From assembly GCF_000150275.1 (NCBI RefSeq), contig NW_002060943.1, positions 13,174,353-13,238,352 of the forward strand: 64,000 nucleotides of DNA. Reading direction: 5' to 3'. The position numbers were made by a program, and so were the translations under genes. How positions within the stretch are numbered: position 1 is the stretch's first letter; each line of letters starts with the position of its first letter. The notes under the pieces are model-generated. The model was not told where the DNA came from. It worked only from the letters and a program-made list of their open reading frames with translations, and made no database searches. Below, piece by piece: positions 49,601 through 64,000 of the stretch. This DNA comes from Trichoplax adhaerens. Its lineage: Eukaryota; Animalia; Placozoa.

Positions 49601-52600
49601 TCAATAATGACCTGTAATACAGCTGGAAAGAGGCAACATTTGACTTGTGACTTGACTGTTACAAATTTCAACATTATTTATAGTGATTCAAATGTCATGA
49701 CCCTATATAATGAAGTTCTTAATCATATAAGGGTAAACAATTATCAATTTGATATATTACAATTTTTATTTATCATATAGATCAAAATTGTAGAATTTGA
49801 CATTTTTATTCACCTGCTTGTAATTTAATGGTAGGTGTTAACATCCAGTCTGCATTGTCCGGTTGTTCAGAAGGCATATCTTGATTTACTATGGCTATTC
49901 AGCAAGGAAATTTTTAAAGACAGCAGATTGCTCTATAAGTTGCATGAGAATTGCTGGGAGATGATAACAAATTTCAACACGAATCATTCGCTCAAGGTTT
50001 GATAGTTACATAAACGAAAATAGCAAATTTATAAAGTCTACACTTGCCAATATGGATAATAATTCTTATTATAATTTCTTAAGGTTGGATACCCACTTTA
50101 TTTAAAAAGTGTTGCGAAGCTGTTGGTTAATTTATCTCTAGTCGATTTACGTAAGAATTTAAAGCAAAATTTAAGAAATGTTATACATCAGACTGTACTT
50201 GTCTATTCTAAATTGAGTTTTTGAATTTACGTTCATCGTAATTAGGTAAAAATGATACGCTTGAGAATAACTACCTGGAAATCATGATTAAGTCGCCACA
50301 TGATGATATTCGATATTCAGCTTTAACTGAATTGGCTTCAATTCTCTCAGACGATGTTTACAGTAACAAAAATGATACAATGATTAATATCATGGTATAT
50401 AGACGTATGCATTATCAATTTAATAGTAATTCTTCAAGTTCTAGTAATCCAAATTTAGATATCTGATAGTCATTTGTGCTGTAAAAAATGGTGTTCTGTT
50501 TTAACTCCTGTTGTAAAGCGATACATTACATAAAATTTCTTACTCATGAACGACTATGCATCAACACGGCGGACACTAATATTATAAATTTTATTTATGG
50601 CTATAAGTTTAACATAAATCAAAGTATTCTGGATCGTTTACCAAAGGAAAACAATCTAGAATGTTTAACTGCTGCCTTTGATATGATCTATTTAATGGAA
50701 ATTCGTGGATTTAATCCAGTGAAAGCAATTGGTTAGTGAGACTAGGGTGTAAATCAAGAGAATAACTGAAAAACTGGTAACTGTTTTTCTTCTTATTAGC
50801 TTCACAGATGACTTACTTTGCTTCTTTAAATTTCACACCTTTTTAGGGGACATAAAAATGATCTGGAATTTTATGGAAAGGTTAATTACCACATCGAAAA
50901 GTCTTTCCATGTGTTCCATGGGGCTGGTGACAGCGTCTATTATTCTGCGTGAGATGATTTTGATTTGCTATAAACGGTAATAGAAGATGGATTATGATTA
51001 CTTGTAAGGAATTATGCAGTGAAAGTAATATCTTCTATCCCTTGTAGATGTAATAACAGTAAAAGCCCCATCATAAGCCAGTCGGATCTGGTATTATATT
51101 CTAATATCAATTATCAGCTCAGTATTAGTTTTAATTTCATTCATCATGTATTATTGGTAATGTACTATGCTAAAAGTATATTTCAATTCAAGGCTAAGTG
51201 CTTGCATCAGTGGTCTACCTGGATAACTGAGAAAAGCCAGTACGAAGTTCCTGAATCATATAGAATCGCAGCAGCAAATTCATTGTTTATTGTTGGACCA
51301 ACTGCTACATCTATTTTATCGGAATTTGTATTGTTGGATGAATTTAGCAATATTTCACAAGAGCAGAGAGCGTTATGTAGTGTTTGTAGCAGGTAAAGCA
51401 GATACTATTCGAGCTACGATGTCGAGTATCTACTATGTAATTTTAAAAGCGTACAGGTATAGATGTAAATCAATGTAATCTGATATTACTTTGATGTATT
51501 TTATCAAATGTCTTGAAGCTGCATTATGAGTGGGTCTCGTTTATTGCAAGATGAACAATTAAGTGTTCGAAAGCCAGCTACTAGTTTTGTTGGCAAAATG
51601 ATTGGATCAACTGTAAGTTGACGAAATACTATTTGTATTGGTTAATTAAAACATATCGTATTAAACTTTTTTGTTATTTCAGATAGAACCTCTCCACAGC
51701 ACGTATGCGTTAGAGGTAAACAAAGGCTGTTAGCCGTAACTGCTGTGCTTGTGTCGGATATTAAGTAGTTAGATGGAAGCACTTTATTAACTGTAAAAAA
51801 ACCTGATTATCTTATGAATTTGATTTATGCCGTAGATGCTGTTCGAACACTCCGGAAAATTTTTCTGGCAGACTGATCTCATGTTACAAAGTTTAAAACT
51901 ATTCCTATTGGGTCATAAGCCAATATCATCTGTCCTAGCTAAACTTATTCAAGAAAGGTATTAATAACTACTTTAATTACTGTGTATGCATTTCATGTAT
52001 AATTTTTAATTAAGCAGTTACATTGTGTTAGTGAGAATAACTTAATATTCGAACCCGAAAATCCTAACCTTTATGCTGAAGAAAGTCAACTGGTTATTTT
52101 AGCTACTAAAACCTTAAAGGTCTTGTCCTTTTCAAGTTTAATTCTTAGACATTTAGTGCGATGAAATTTTACCGGCCATAGTATACTAAAAATATTGATA
52201 ACATTTGTTAGGTTGTTGCTGGTCAATTTAATTTACTAGGTAACGAAAGTGCCAATAAATCGCCAATAGCGAAATTTAAGTTTTGGCTAGAAGGCTTACT
52301 TGATGAGTGTCTGAGAAGTTACGAGGCAATTATGTCGTACTTAAGCCATGGTTGTAATGCGTCTAAAGAAGGTATTTATTTCTATAAATTATTATAGGGA
52401 GCACTCTGTAATATTGTTTCAATTTTACTATACTCATCATTTGTCTATTTGCCCTTAATAGCAAATTACAACTACTTTGGTGCTACTGGTCGTCAATGTG
52501 TATTTTTATCATTTTATCGATTATTGAAAACTTCTATCGCCATATTGGAAATTAGAAAAGATTTACGATATCGAATTCAATGTTCTGAAGTATTTGAAGA

Positions 52601-52676
52601 ACTTTATCACTTACCGGTACGATTAATACTGTTTGTTCTTTCAAGATCTGTTCCGCTAGCATTCTTTATCCACTAA
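40681..52676 (+). CDS. THADA: THADA / Trm732 (DUF2428 armadillo-repeat tRNA 2'-O-methylation cofactor), many short exons
   Basis: Exon translations include SWQSKGRY, FLRQYLPLNFNSDNAAFRQ, SASFADM, CWLNLKE, LLTKCRHKGVIEGCSIGF, TKKSAGLP, LPQTHALN..WTIRNASMHLYGALVSRLFGQKR, FFSRYPSL, QNHVHGTL, LLQDEQLSVR and IFEPENPNLYAEE. AATAAA at 52801. The start codon and some junctions are approximate. Confidence 0.9.
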
Positions 52677-55600
52677 ATCTTGAATTGATTATAATTATCG
52701 ACATGAAACATGTAATAATTTAATAGTAATTGACATTATACTATGGCTTGTTTCAACAAAAATGCTTAATTTGTTATGTAACTTTGAAAGTGAACCTTTG
52801 AATAAAAGTAGTTCAATATTCAAGTACTATGCGAGATATGATTTTCTGCTAAGTTACATTATCGTATTTTGTCCATAATCTTTTTTGTGGAACTTTTACT
52901 CCTCTTATTATTAGGAAAATATTGAAGTACATCCACTTTTGCAAGCCCATCTCGATGAGCTAATGGATTTAGCTAAGCCTAAACGTGAAGATAGTACTGC
53001 AGATTAAAGCAGCTTTGGTGTACCAGAATTAATATGATTACTATTAATAGCGAAAAGGAAACGTCATAACATAAAAATATGACCAACATAATTGGGAATT
53101 TACGAGCGTATTTATAAAGTGGCTTAAATTTATAATTGCAAGTGGAATTCAGTATCTTGATATACTTACTAACTTTTTATTTAAAATTTCGGTAAAAATT
53201 TGCTAAATTTACAACTTGAATGATTATTATATAATGTATATTATTATCAATAAAACTATGAATTGCTCATTTTAATATAGTGAGACAAAAATTATCAAGT
53301 CCACAGATAAATACTGTATTTATCCGGCTTTATTACAACGCAATTCTGTGAAATTTGCAGTGGTTGTACCTGCACTGACAGACTAGTAAAATTATAGATT
53401 GTGAAATTGTACTTGTTTTGCTAAATAAATATAAACAAATTTATATATGTGCAATTGTACTTTTCATAGATAGTGACTATTTTATTAGAAATAACTGTTG
53501 CTGGTCTACTGCAAATATCAAAATATCTACAATACATTCAACTACGTGATTTGTTGCTGATTTCGATCCCATCGATTGCTATGATCATGCACTCTGTTAA
53601 CGTAGAAAATGATCAGAACTCAGTTTGTTAGAATGCACCAGCGGCCGCTCCCAGACAGTGTAAAAGGAGCGAGCTCACAACGACTAGTGGTTCCGAAATT
53701 CAGTAGTCATAAAGGCTCGTCGAGCGATATAATAAACATTTTAATTGAATACTTTTGGAGTGATTGATTACCTATTCGTACCGCGAGTGCATTAGGATAT
53801 TAGTTACTAGAGGAGTTAATCCGTTCACAAAAAAAGAAATTTGTGACAAGCATATAAAAGGTAAAGTAGTTCAGTAGAAAAGAAGTTTAAATTTTAGTTC
53901 CAGCTAAGCATTAAGAAACTCAAGATACCATATGTAATTTTTTTTGATAGCTTGTTTGTTTAAGGTAGTAATTCTGACCTTATTGTAATTCTTTTAATTA
54001 GATTTATAAGTAATTACTAAAGCTTAAATAAGCTGCTGTTTTTCCTTAGTTTGATTGGAATTTTCAAAGTAATTGTTTCTTATAAATGTGTTTTAATTAA
54101 TAACTCGAAAACAATGAAATTGTTTGGTAATATCATGCCAAATTACTAGTGGCAGCTATTGAAATATTAAATGTCTAGAATGAACACTAGTAATGATTTC
54201 ATAAATGGATTAGTAAGAAAGAAAGCATGATTGTTACCTTTTGTAATGATGAACTATGACTCATTTCTTAGCTTGAATTATATTATCAATAAACTATTAC
54301 AGCATAGCTGCTAGCGAATCATAGCTTTAATTGCACTCGCTTTATTAACGGTACTAACATTTACTTTATCATTCGTATTGCAGTATATTTTTGGCTAAGT
54401 TACATTTCACCACATAAATCTCTTTTTCAAAGAAGGAAGTGAAAATAAATTTATATCTTCCGTTGAATCATTTTGTTATACCTTAACTTAAGTTAAGATG
54501 GTACTCGCTCACGGTCTCTGTTAATTAAATTATAATCTGTCAAGTGTAGTTTTAAAAGAAAAAATATAAGCTATAAGTGCTACAATATTTAGGGGATAGA
54601 ATTTTAGATATTTTAGGGGCAATATCTTAACATGGATGATTTGGGAGGTATATAAGACTAGTAATATCAGTACTGTACATACATTTTCACACACGTAAGA
54701 AATAAAATTTGTCAGTTTTATTCTATGTTATTCCAGGATTCGACTACAAAATCGGATTCTAACTAAATATAAATAATACCATTGTCACAACGTTGTTTGT
54801 GGCACAAATAACTAATTTATTCCTAATGTAACCGCTGTAACGTTAAATACCGTTGCTAATAAGTGTCACTAACTCGACTAGGTCAGTATAAGATCTTATT
54901 CAGCAGTGAGTATACCCAGACAACTTCATAAGTCATCTTTATTCGAACGATAAAATATACTACTAGGTAATGTAATATGAGAACCCATTCTATGATTAAA
55001 GACACGCTCTTATATACCTTTGCCAATTTCCATCGGTGTAAATTAATACATAATTCTATTTACAATATACTTGATTTTGTATAAAATATATTTATGATAA
55101 TTATTATAGAATAAATATGTGTTCATTAATATTGTGTGCTTACCACTCTTACTCCTATTAACAAATCAACTAGACTTGTTACTTAACAATTCACAGTAAC
55201 AAGTGTGACAATCTCTATTACACATTCTACTCTTATTAGATGATTTAAATCATCAGAGTCGCTAATAGAAATCCATTAACGATTTAACATATCGTCACTC
55301 TACTTTAGATAAAAATATGAATAAATATTTTTTTATGTACGGTAATGATGAACCGTAACAACCATCAACAATAAAACTTTTTCTGAGAAAGAAATAATTA
55401 ATAGAATATCGGATTATAATTATAATCTATAATAGCAAGAAAGATTACTATTTTCGTTGTGCGACATTCTAAAGTAAAATTGAAAGCACATTTCACGTAT
55501 CGATACTTTAACTAGGTAAAGTAAGATGCTATTTCTATTATCTATCGAATAATAAAATTGCAAGAATTCAAACTTCCAACAAAAACTATTCGTGATTTGT

Positions 55601-58250
55601 TTTACTTTTTTTCAAACACATTATTTCATTAATTAAAAATAGAGGACCTCATGCTGTAAATATGCTGAAAAATATTATGACAGTTTATGTATGATATTGC
55701 CTTTGTAAAATGTAAATGTTACAGATTTTCTTATACATACACCTGTACTGAGAGAAGTAGATAGAAGAAAAGCACATTACAACAGGCAAATTATTGGCGA
55801 TAGCTAATTCAAATCTGATTATTGACGACAATCACATACACTTTTTGGCCAAGATTATGCTTATTTGCTGTTTGAATAAATCTATATAATCTGCCAATAT
55901 CTACTCAATTTTGGTTAAAAGAGAACAAAGAAAAATTACAAGCACATACGTTCAAAGTTATCAAACCTTGCTATTTCCCTCCTTCCACCAAAACCTCCAC
56001 ATAGTTTCAGGTCTTTGCAGCTTCTTAAGCAAGCAGAATTTACATATAAATTTCGCATTACTGGTAAAATACTGTAGTGATATAAACTATTAATGAATTA
56101 TTAAGAATCACTTCAATATACGGTACTCAATTTCGATTGAAATATACGGTAATTAATATTACCAACAGCGATGACTTTTTCTGCAAGATCGTTCATTTAT
56201 TATTATGCTGGATAGATGATTAAAAATAATGATTTTCTACAATACCGGTAAAAGAATTTTTGAAAGAATTTATTAAAGTTCTGATATAGCATCTTGCAGC
56301 TACTATAACAAGCAGCGCGATTTCTTACTAATTTTATAATGTCAACTGTATCAGCCTAGCAATAACAATTTCAACTTAATCCTACGTAAATTTCGGGGCT
56401 GCTCTATGTAAGTGTAATTGCATTACTAATCCCCATTTTAAAAGACCGTTACTTCTATTTAACTGATAGTACCGTTGTAGGCCATCATTTTGATGTTCTC
56501 TAGCCTAAAATACTAATTTTCCATGATTAGTTTTACTTCTTCGCAATAATACAGTTAATATAAATGATAAATACACTTGCAATTCCATGAATATGTGATT
56601 ACGATATTATGATAAATCCTAACCAGAGTCAAGTCATTGGGCTCATGCTATATTTACGCTATATACTATATGCATGCTATCTATGTATAGCATATACATA
56701 TACTTTGATAATTCAATTTTGCCCTTCCCATACGATTATGGAAAATAAGTTTCCATTTGAAGACACTAGCAGCTATGCAATTAGTGTTAGCTTTATGTAA
56801 GTGTTTCTTTAAGCAAGTATAATGAAGGAAGTCGGTGGTAGGCAATGTACGATATAGTAGATTAATGTTGAAGTATATCGACAGTTTATACTCGTCGCTA
56901 TTTATCATTAGCTTCAATGAATATGTTGTTATTGCTTACTGCTGATTGTTATTGCTTAATAAAAATACGCAACTTAAAATACCGATAATTATATTGCAAA
57001 ACCACATCATTAATATTACATAACGTGAAGTATTTCTTTATTACCCTTTTCCAATAGCCTATAATCTGCGATTGCAGTTCTAATTTGCAAATTTTCAATT
57101 ATGCTTTGTAGTCATGAAATAATATTAATTAACTTACGGTTACAGTAGTAGATTACCCTAAAAAAGATAAAAGCTATTTTAATTAGGTGCTAATTGAATA
57201 TTATTAATTAATCAAGCTAGCAAGTCAGTCATTGAATGTATACTCGTATAATGATAGATTTTAATCGCATCGTTTTCATTATACATATTTAATTTCAGTT
57301 ACTGATGTTTTCGACATCAATGTGATAACTATGATATTTGAAAATAGGATTGAAAGTTTACGGATTTTAAATGAAATGGTGAATCTACCCTACGGCTTTA
57401 ACTTGTATGATTTGTGCTATTTGGATTTTGTATGGTGAATTGAGTACGAATCACTTAAATCGTAAATTGAAATAATACAGACCACCTCTTATATGCATGG
57501 CATTATATAAGATTAAAAATAAACCTGCAATAAAATAGTCTATCTTAGTATCTTATATAAAATTGACACATTTAATAGAATACTAGTTTATCCTCGTGTA
57601 AGTACCGTAAGTGTCATGTGCTATGCAGGTGATTTATGCATTAGCTTTAGTTTAATTAGTCATCAAGCAATTTTGTATTCATCAATCAATTTAATGATGC
57701 AAAATTATTATCCAATCAATGTTAATTCAATCTTTATTGGTATGCGTGGAAGCTATTGTCATGTTCCTATTCTATTCATGTTCATGCTAATCTTGAACTT
57801 ATTGTACGTGTAGGCTCAACATTTGAGTCATTTTGATGCTAGTGTTGTGCTAATGATGCGTTTTTTAATTATTATTATAATGATGATTGACTTAGATGAT
57901 TGATATATTAGAAAAACGGATAGAAAGAAGTATCGACAAGAATGCCTGCCCACTTTAATTTATTTCTTCTCCATCATCCTGATGAATTGTAAGAGAATAA
58001 TGGATGAATGATTGAAAACCGCTAACAAATAAAGGCGTATCCGATTTGGCTAATTAGAGCACGTTCCTAACTGAAATAGACTTTGTAATGCTGATCTTGA
58101 TTTGAAAGCATCGAGCATCCATGATAGCGTGCTCTTTACGTATTTTATCACTCATTTGTACAGCGATCAAAATTGTTAACCCTATCGAGTAGACAAATTG
58201 TGACTATTTTTCTCAAATTATATATTTTGATTGTTGTTGAAAAGTAAAAT

Positions 58251-59115
58251 ATGGCCAATCAGACTAGCAATTCTACGATATTTGACGAGATTAAATCTAT
58301 ACGCAAAAAGGGCGTGAAATATCATGGCGAAGGCAATTATGAACGCGCGTTATTTTATTTTCAGAAAGCTGTAACTCAAATCAAATCGATAGCGGAGAGT
58401 AGTGATAGTCGTCGTCAACTTGAATATTCTATTTATCTCGCTATGGCTCAATCTTACCGGCAAAAATATCAATTGATAGAAGCCAATGAATACAGCGGAA
58501 AAGCAGAAAAGTTAGCTGAGAAACTAGAAGAGGTCAAGATTTCTTATTGTTTCGATATCCAAGGCGACTGTAAACGACTTGAAGGTGATTTTATGGGTGC
58601 TTTGAGTGATTACAACAAATCACTTCAAATAAAATTAAAATCGTTAGGGAGTGAACATCTTGATGTCTGTAAGTCCTATCAGAAGATCGGCTTGGTCTAC
58701 CAGAATCAAGGCAAGCATGACGAGGCTTTAAAGGAATACAATAAAGCATTAAGGATTTAACTGAAAATTCTTAAAAATAATCATCCAAGTATTGCTAAAA
58801 CATATAACAACATTGCAAGTGTCTATAGCGATCAAGGCAAGTATGATGACGCTCTATCAATGTATAACAAGTCACTCAAGATTAAACTGACACAACTTGG
58901 CGACAATCATCCAAGTATTGCTGATACATATAACAACATTGCAAGTGTCTATGATAATCAAGGCAAGTATGATGACGCTCTATCAATGTATAACAAGTCA
59001 CTCAAGATTGATTTGACACAACTTGGCGACAATCATCCAAGTATTGCTACAACATTTCGCAACATTGCAAGTGTCTATAAAGATCAAGGCAAGTATGATG
59101 ACGCTTTATCAATGC
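58251..59115 (+). pseudogene. Disrupted TPR-repeat protein (42-aa kinesin-light-chain/nephrocystin-3-like repeats)
   Basis: Repeats of YNKSLKI.LTQLGDNHPSIA.TYNNIASVY.DQGKYDDALS. An in-frame TAA at 58758-60 interrupts an otherwise continuous frame, and the repeat breaks off mid-unit at ~59115. Confidence 0.75.
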
Positions 59116-61468
59116 TTTTGTAAGGTGTTTGATAAGTTATTTGCTTCCGATATTCTGCTTTTGATTATAACGACAGCGCTAACAGCACAATACGATACCA
59201 TACTGAAGTATTGTAGTCGGTAAACAACTTGTACAACAAGTATTTCTCAAAGGTTAGGTGTTTCAACCCTGTTCAATTCTAAGTCGGTCTATTAGTCTAA
59301 AAAGATCGAATAGATCGCAAAAATCGTTCAATGACAAACCTATTGTAGTAGTAGTGAGTAGTGCAGCCCCCATATACCTTAAACATTGATTCTAAGGTTG
59401 TATGAGTATTCGTGCTAGTAGTTATAATATTGTTACGGTTTGGTATATCGTGATGAGATGGAGCTGGGATTAACTCACAAGGTACTCCGACTGTCGGATA
59501 GCTGATATATTCGACCTACTGACTCACAACAACTTGGTAATCTTCGGTTAAGTATAGTAATGCTTTATTTCTCTATTCACTAAACTGCCCATAACCGCGA
59601 GCTAAGAATAACGCAATGCACGTAAATCTTAAGTTATTGCCTGGCCATGCAGGACTTATTATCTCTGAAGAGAAATTCAATTTACTAATCGTTCACGCTC
59701 AACCACGAGCTCTGAGCAAACAACTTTGCCAAATATTTGAATACTATACTATTTAAATACAAGTATCCGTAATGGTAATTGTGAGAATGATACGTCCCTT
59801 TACGCGTAATTTACATTCTAAACTCTACGCGATTACAAAACTAAGACTAGAAAAAGTATAGGTTGCAGTAGTTATTAGAGATGCTGTATTAGGTAACCTT
59901 AACACCTTAACATACGCAAGTAACGAAATCCTAGACTAACCAAGATAGATGTTGAATTCTGTATCCTGATGATACTTTGCAACTAAATGTACATATAAGC
60001 AGGAGATTTCGTCTTCGAAGTTAAGTTAGTCGTAGCTAATCTGGTTCTTGGTGGAAGATGTAATTTATTCTCAAGATACGGAAGTCTTTGCTTAAAGTTA
60101 GACGCTTTATCACACAGTGATGCTATTACAAATTAATATCATATAGAGTTCAATGAAGTTAGTAACTTTATTGCAGTAGAAACGAGATTGCATCTAGGCC
60201 GTAGAATCGACAAGAACTATTTACTGCTGAACCTTATCAAAATTACCCAAACTGATCGCTAACGAAGATTTNNNNNNNNNNNNNNNNNNNNNNNNNNNNN
60301 NNNNNNNNNNNNNNNNNNNNNNNNNNNNNNNNNNNNNNNNNNNNNNNNNNNNNNNNNNNNNNNNNNNNNNNNNNNNNNNNNNNNNNNNNNNNNNNNNNNN
60401 NNNNNNNNNNNNNNNNNNNNNNNNNNNNNNNNNNNNNNNNNNNNNNNNNNNNNNNNNNNNNNNNNNNNNNNNNNNNNNNNNNNNNNNNNNNNNNNNNNNN
60501 NNNNNNNNNNNNNNNNNNNNNNNNNNNNNNNNNNNNNNNNNNNNNNNNNNNNNNNNNNNNNNNNNNNNNNNNNNNNNNNNNNNNNNNNNNNNNNNNNNNN
60601 NNNNNNNNNNNNNNNNNNNNNNNNNNNNNNNNNNNNNNNNNNNNNNNNNNNNNNNNNNNNNNNNNNNNNNNNNNNNNNNNNNNNNNNNNNNNNNNNNNCA
60701 AGAGAAACAAGAGGAACAAGAGAAGCAAGAAGAGCAAGAGGAGCTAGAGGAGAAGCAAGAGAAGCGAGAAAAGCAAGAGAAGCAAGAAGAGCAAGGGGAA
60801 AAAAGGCATCAAGAGGAGCTAGAGGAGAAAGAGAAACAAAAGGAGCAAGAGAAGCAAGAAAAGCAAGAGAAACACGAGAAGCAAGAAGAGGAAGATGAGT
60901 TAGCAGGTACCATTAAGCGTTTTGTAAGGTGTTTGATTAGATATTTGCTGTAGGTATTCTGCTTTTCATTATAATTACAGCACTAACAGCACAATACGAC
61001 ACCATACTGAAGTATTGCAGTCGGTAAACAACATGTCCACCAAGTATTTCTTAAAATATAGGCGTTTCAACCCTGTTCAATTCTAAGTCGGTCTATTAGT
61101 CTAATAAGATCTAATAGATCGCGGAAATCGTTCAATGACAAACCTATTGTAGTAGTAGTGTGTAGTGCAGCCCCAATATAACTTAAACATTGATTCTAAG
61201 GTGGTATGAGTATTCGTGCTAGTAGTTATAATATTGTTACAGTTTGGTATATCGTGATGAGATGGAGCTGGGATTAACTCACAAGGTACTCCGACTGTCG
61301 GATAGCTGATATATTCGACCTACTGACTCACAACAACTTGGTAATCTTCGGTTAAGTATAGTAATGCTTTATTTCTCTATTCACTAAACTGCCCATAACC
61401 GCGAGTTCAGAATAACGCAATGTACGTAAATCCTAAGTTATTGCCTGGCCGTGCAGGACTTATAATCT
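59116..61468. repeat. ~550-bp direct repeat pair (59116-59664 and 60920-61468)
   Basis: Both copies run TTTTGTAAGGTGTTTGAT ... GCAGGACTTAT.ATCT with high identity. Confidence 0.92.
60272..60698. other. Assembly gap (N run)
   Basis: Run of N. Confidence 0.99.
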
Positions 61469-63996
61469 GCAAACTGCAAACCTCTATTTTACACCGTATA
61501 AGCTTCAGGCAGTATTCTATTTTGGGCCACATTACACTCAGTTGTATATTTGAAATAATATAGCATGACAATATATTAAGTTAAAGATAAATTCTGTACG
61601 CTAAACTTGAAAATATTATCCTCTAGAATAGTTTTTGAGGGTATCACATTCTTTAAATTCTCGATAATACCGCAACTATCGCAATTTGATGGCAATAAGC
61701 AGTATTTAGCCTGCGCAGCCAGTTCAATAGTACAGTTCCTGCAGCAATCTTCACTTTAATTATCTTTTCATGGATTATTTGCACTTTGTATTTTCGAGAA
61801 GCTTGTGGCAACGAAGCTGAGTTTAAGTATATCACAACATTGCAAGTGTCTATAATCGTCAAGGCAAGTATGATGACGCTCTATCAATGTATAACAAGTC
61901 ACTCAAGATGAAACTGACATAACTTGGCGACAATCATCCAAGTATTGCTACAACATATAACAACATTGCAAGTGTCTATAATGATCACTTACACAGTGTT
62001 AAAATCTATAAGTTAAACTGTTGTCGTACAATTTTATGATCTTAAGCTAAGCTATAGTTAGGACAGTATTATAGGCGATAATGTTCTTGCGGCAATAGCG
62101 ACTACGTTTGAAAAGAATGACTTCTAAATGATCTTAGTCTAGCTAACAGACCACTCACATATTTCTTGATGCAAAGTCCGACTCTAAACTTTAAACTTCA
62201 AATAATATTTTAAAAACTAAACTATAGCATCATTGACTAGTAATAAAGCCACAGACATTTTATTTAACCAACAACAAATCAACAATTTACTTGATGATGC
62301 ATTTTAAGCAACACATACGGTAGTATGTTGCTAAAGGTTAAGATCGTATAGTATTTCTTAGCACTGTAAGAAGACTATCATTTATGCCTGAAGATAGTAT
62401 ATTATTACCATATTTGAGATGGATATCAGCCCATCTACTACAACAAAGAACGTCTTGTTATTACTATTATTAGTTAAGATAAATTAAATATGTATATTTC
62501 AAAGACAAGCCGATTTTGAGTGATCATTTTGAATTCCAAACATACTCATGAAATCATCTTATTGATAAAACAAATTTCGGTTTCTAGTAAATTTACTTTA
62601 TTACATAGATTAGGTTCGTCTCACAACTACCAAAAACTATCTAGCTTCAATAGGACTATATGAATTACAGCGAAAGTTCGTGATTTATATACCCTTTGTT
62701 ACACAATAAATTTTACACATTAAAATCATATCTTGCCAATTAAGTCGCAAGATAACAGTTTATCATCGCGCGAGCTATTCGTCATTCACGCGTCTAATTA
62801 AAGCATCACAATGCAATTCTCACAGTACTAACATAATTAGTGCTACCTCTATTATTATCATGCAATCTTAACATGAACATCTCAATAATATCTAGACGAT
62901 ACGCATTGTGAACCTCTTCTACAAATAGATATCTTCAAAATCATACAATCTAACCTACGAGTACCACTACTTTCGTACAGTCTTCCAATCACAATCCAAG
63001 CTATATTTGGGGCTGCACTACATCTTCATATTATGCTAATTTCGATAACTATGACTTAATTGTTCTTTACCGATACTTGCTAGCAATTAGTAAACAGCAA
63101 CAACAACACTTGATAAAAATTACTTCTCAAAGGTTAAGCAATTTCTGAACAAATCATTACTACAATATTAGACGTGTAACTAGATAGTTCTATTTATTCT
63201 CCGATAATTATCACTAAAATAAACTTCAATTTTCAATGTCACCTTCGATAGAAAATAAATTTTAAAATAATATACATGTAAATGGACCTTCATTTCAATT
63301 CATATGCGAACAGTATGTTAGAGTAGATATAGTTCGATGAAATTATTTTGAAGAAATTACGGTAGTCGTTATTAAAATGCTCGAGTCAATAAACATAAAA
63401 TAAACATACAGATATTTTGTTACTTGAAATCATAACTTTCAACAAAAATTGTTTTTTACACTGATGCTGCTGTAGATTCTACTGTAGAGCTTGGCCAACA
63501 AAGCGAGAAACCTGAAGATAAATCGATCAACCAGTCTAGAAATGAAGAACAAACGGCAATAGATGATTTCAATGGTTAGTTATAAGGAGGAAACTTTCCT
63601 TGCTAATATAATTAACGTTTATGTATAGAAGAATGATTCAAATTTATTGTATAGTCATTACTATTATGAAACAATCATTATAGCCAATAGAGTATGAGAA
63701 TTAAATAATGATTAACGGAAACACAGTCTCTGAGTAATAAGTATCCTTAAAACAGCCACATTTAACCTTATGGTATTTTACATTGCACTGTAGAAAAGTG
63801 CTTTTCCACTATTGCGAATGAAATTGGAGATGAATGGATGCAGATAGCAAGAAATTTAAATATTTGTGATGACGATATTCAATATATAAGTATCCAACAA
63901 CTAGATCATCATGTAAGTAATAGATCGGCTTTAGCTAATAAGATGCTACGTCTTTGGCATAAGAAAAATCCGTCACAAGATCATTTGATAGTTTAA
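60699..63996 (+). CDS. Partial gene: Glu/Gln/Lys-rich exon, linker exon and death-domain exon (possibly pseudogenic)
   Basis: QEKQEEQEKQ..EEEDELA exon ends GCAG|GTACCA at 60906 (phase 1). Exon 63476-63574 is phase 1-1. The exon from 63794 gives EKCFSTIANEIGDEWMQIARNLNICDDDIQYI..KMLRLWHKKN, a death-fold pattern, with TAA at 63994-96. Confidence 0.6.
61834..61987 (+). pseudogene. Isolated TPR repeat fragment
   Basis: NIASVYNRQGKYDDALSMYNKSLKMKLT*LGDNHPSIATTYNNIASVYND is nearly identical to 58800-59115, with a CAA>TAA stop and abrupt ends. Confidence 0.85.
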
Positions 63997-64000
63997 GAGC

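Noticed and set aside
53641-53730. Short GC-rich hairpins (CGCTCC/GGAGCG, GACTA/TAGTC) as tRNA or H/ACA RNA
   Set aside because: No cloverleaf or valid H box. More likely a promoter or first exon.
59116-61468. Direct repeats as LTRs of a retrotransposon
   Set aside because: No clear TG..CA boundaries, PBS, PPT, TSD or gag/pol remnants. The interior contains a host-like exon.
144-61862. Many short ORFs in the track (e.g. 14465-14836, 16918-17181, 19472-19867, 32573-32977, 60243-60737)
   Set aside because: They are antisense or alternative frames of real genes, repeat-derived, gap-spanning, or lack any recognisable motif.

Overview
AT-rich, compact, intron-rich eukaryotic (animal) genomic DNA with two assembly gaps. 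The TPR repeat type and gene architecture suggest a placozoan such as Trichoplax (inference, not verified). Protein-coding content: two paralogous, nearly intronless type II membrane-anchored GH13 alpha-glucosidases with SLC3A1/rBAT-like architecture (1539-3416 and ~18966-20878, +); a multi-exon FRMD6/Expanded-like FERM gene (24750-30503, -); a long multi-exon THADA/Trm732 gene (40681-52676, +); and a disrupted TPR locus followed by Glu/Gln-rich and death-domain exons (58251-63996, +). Two long non-coding tracts (~9.6-18.6 kb and ~32.6-39.1 kb) are the most unusual part. Each holds unrelated tandem arrays (units of ~80/163, 190, ~205, 226-233 and 106-119 bp) lying next to GC-richer islands. 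By hand, these islands fold into nested multi-stem structures whose wobble pairs are G-U on the + strand. One array shows an A-U to G-U to G-C compensatory series. These are candidate repeat-containing structured non-coding RNAs. All folding was done by eye and is unverified.
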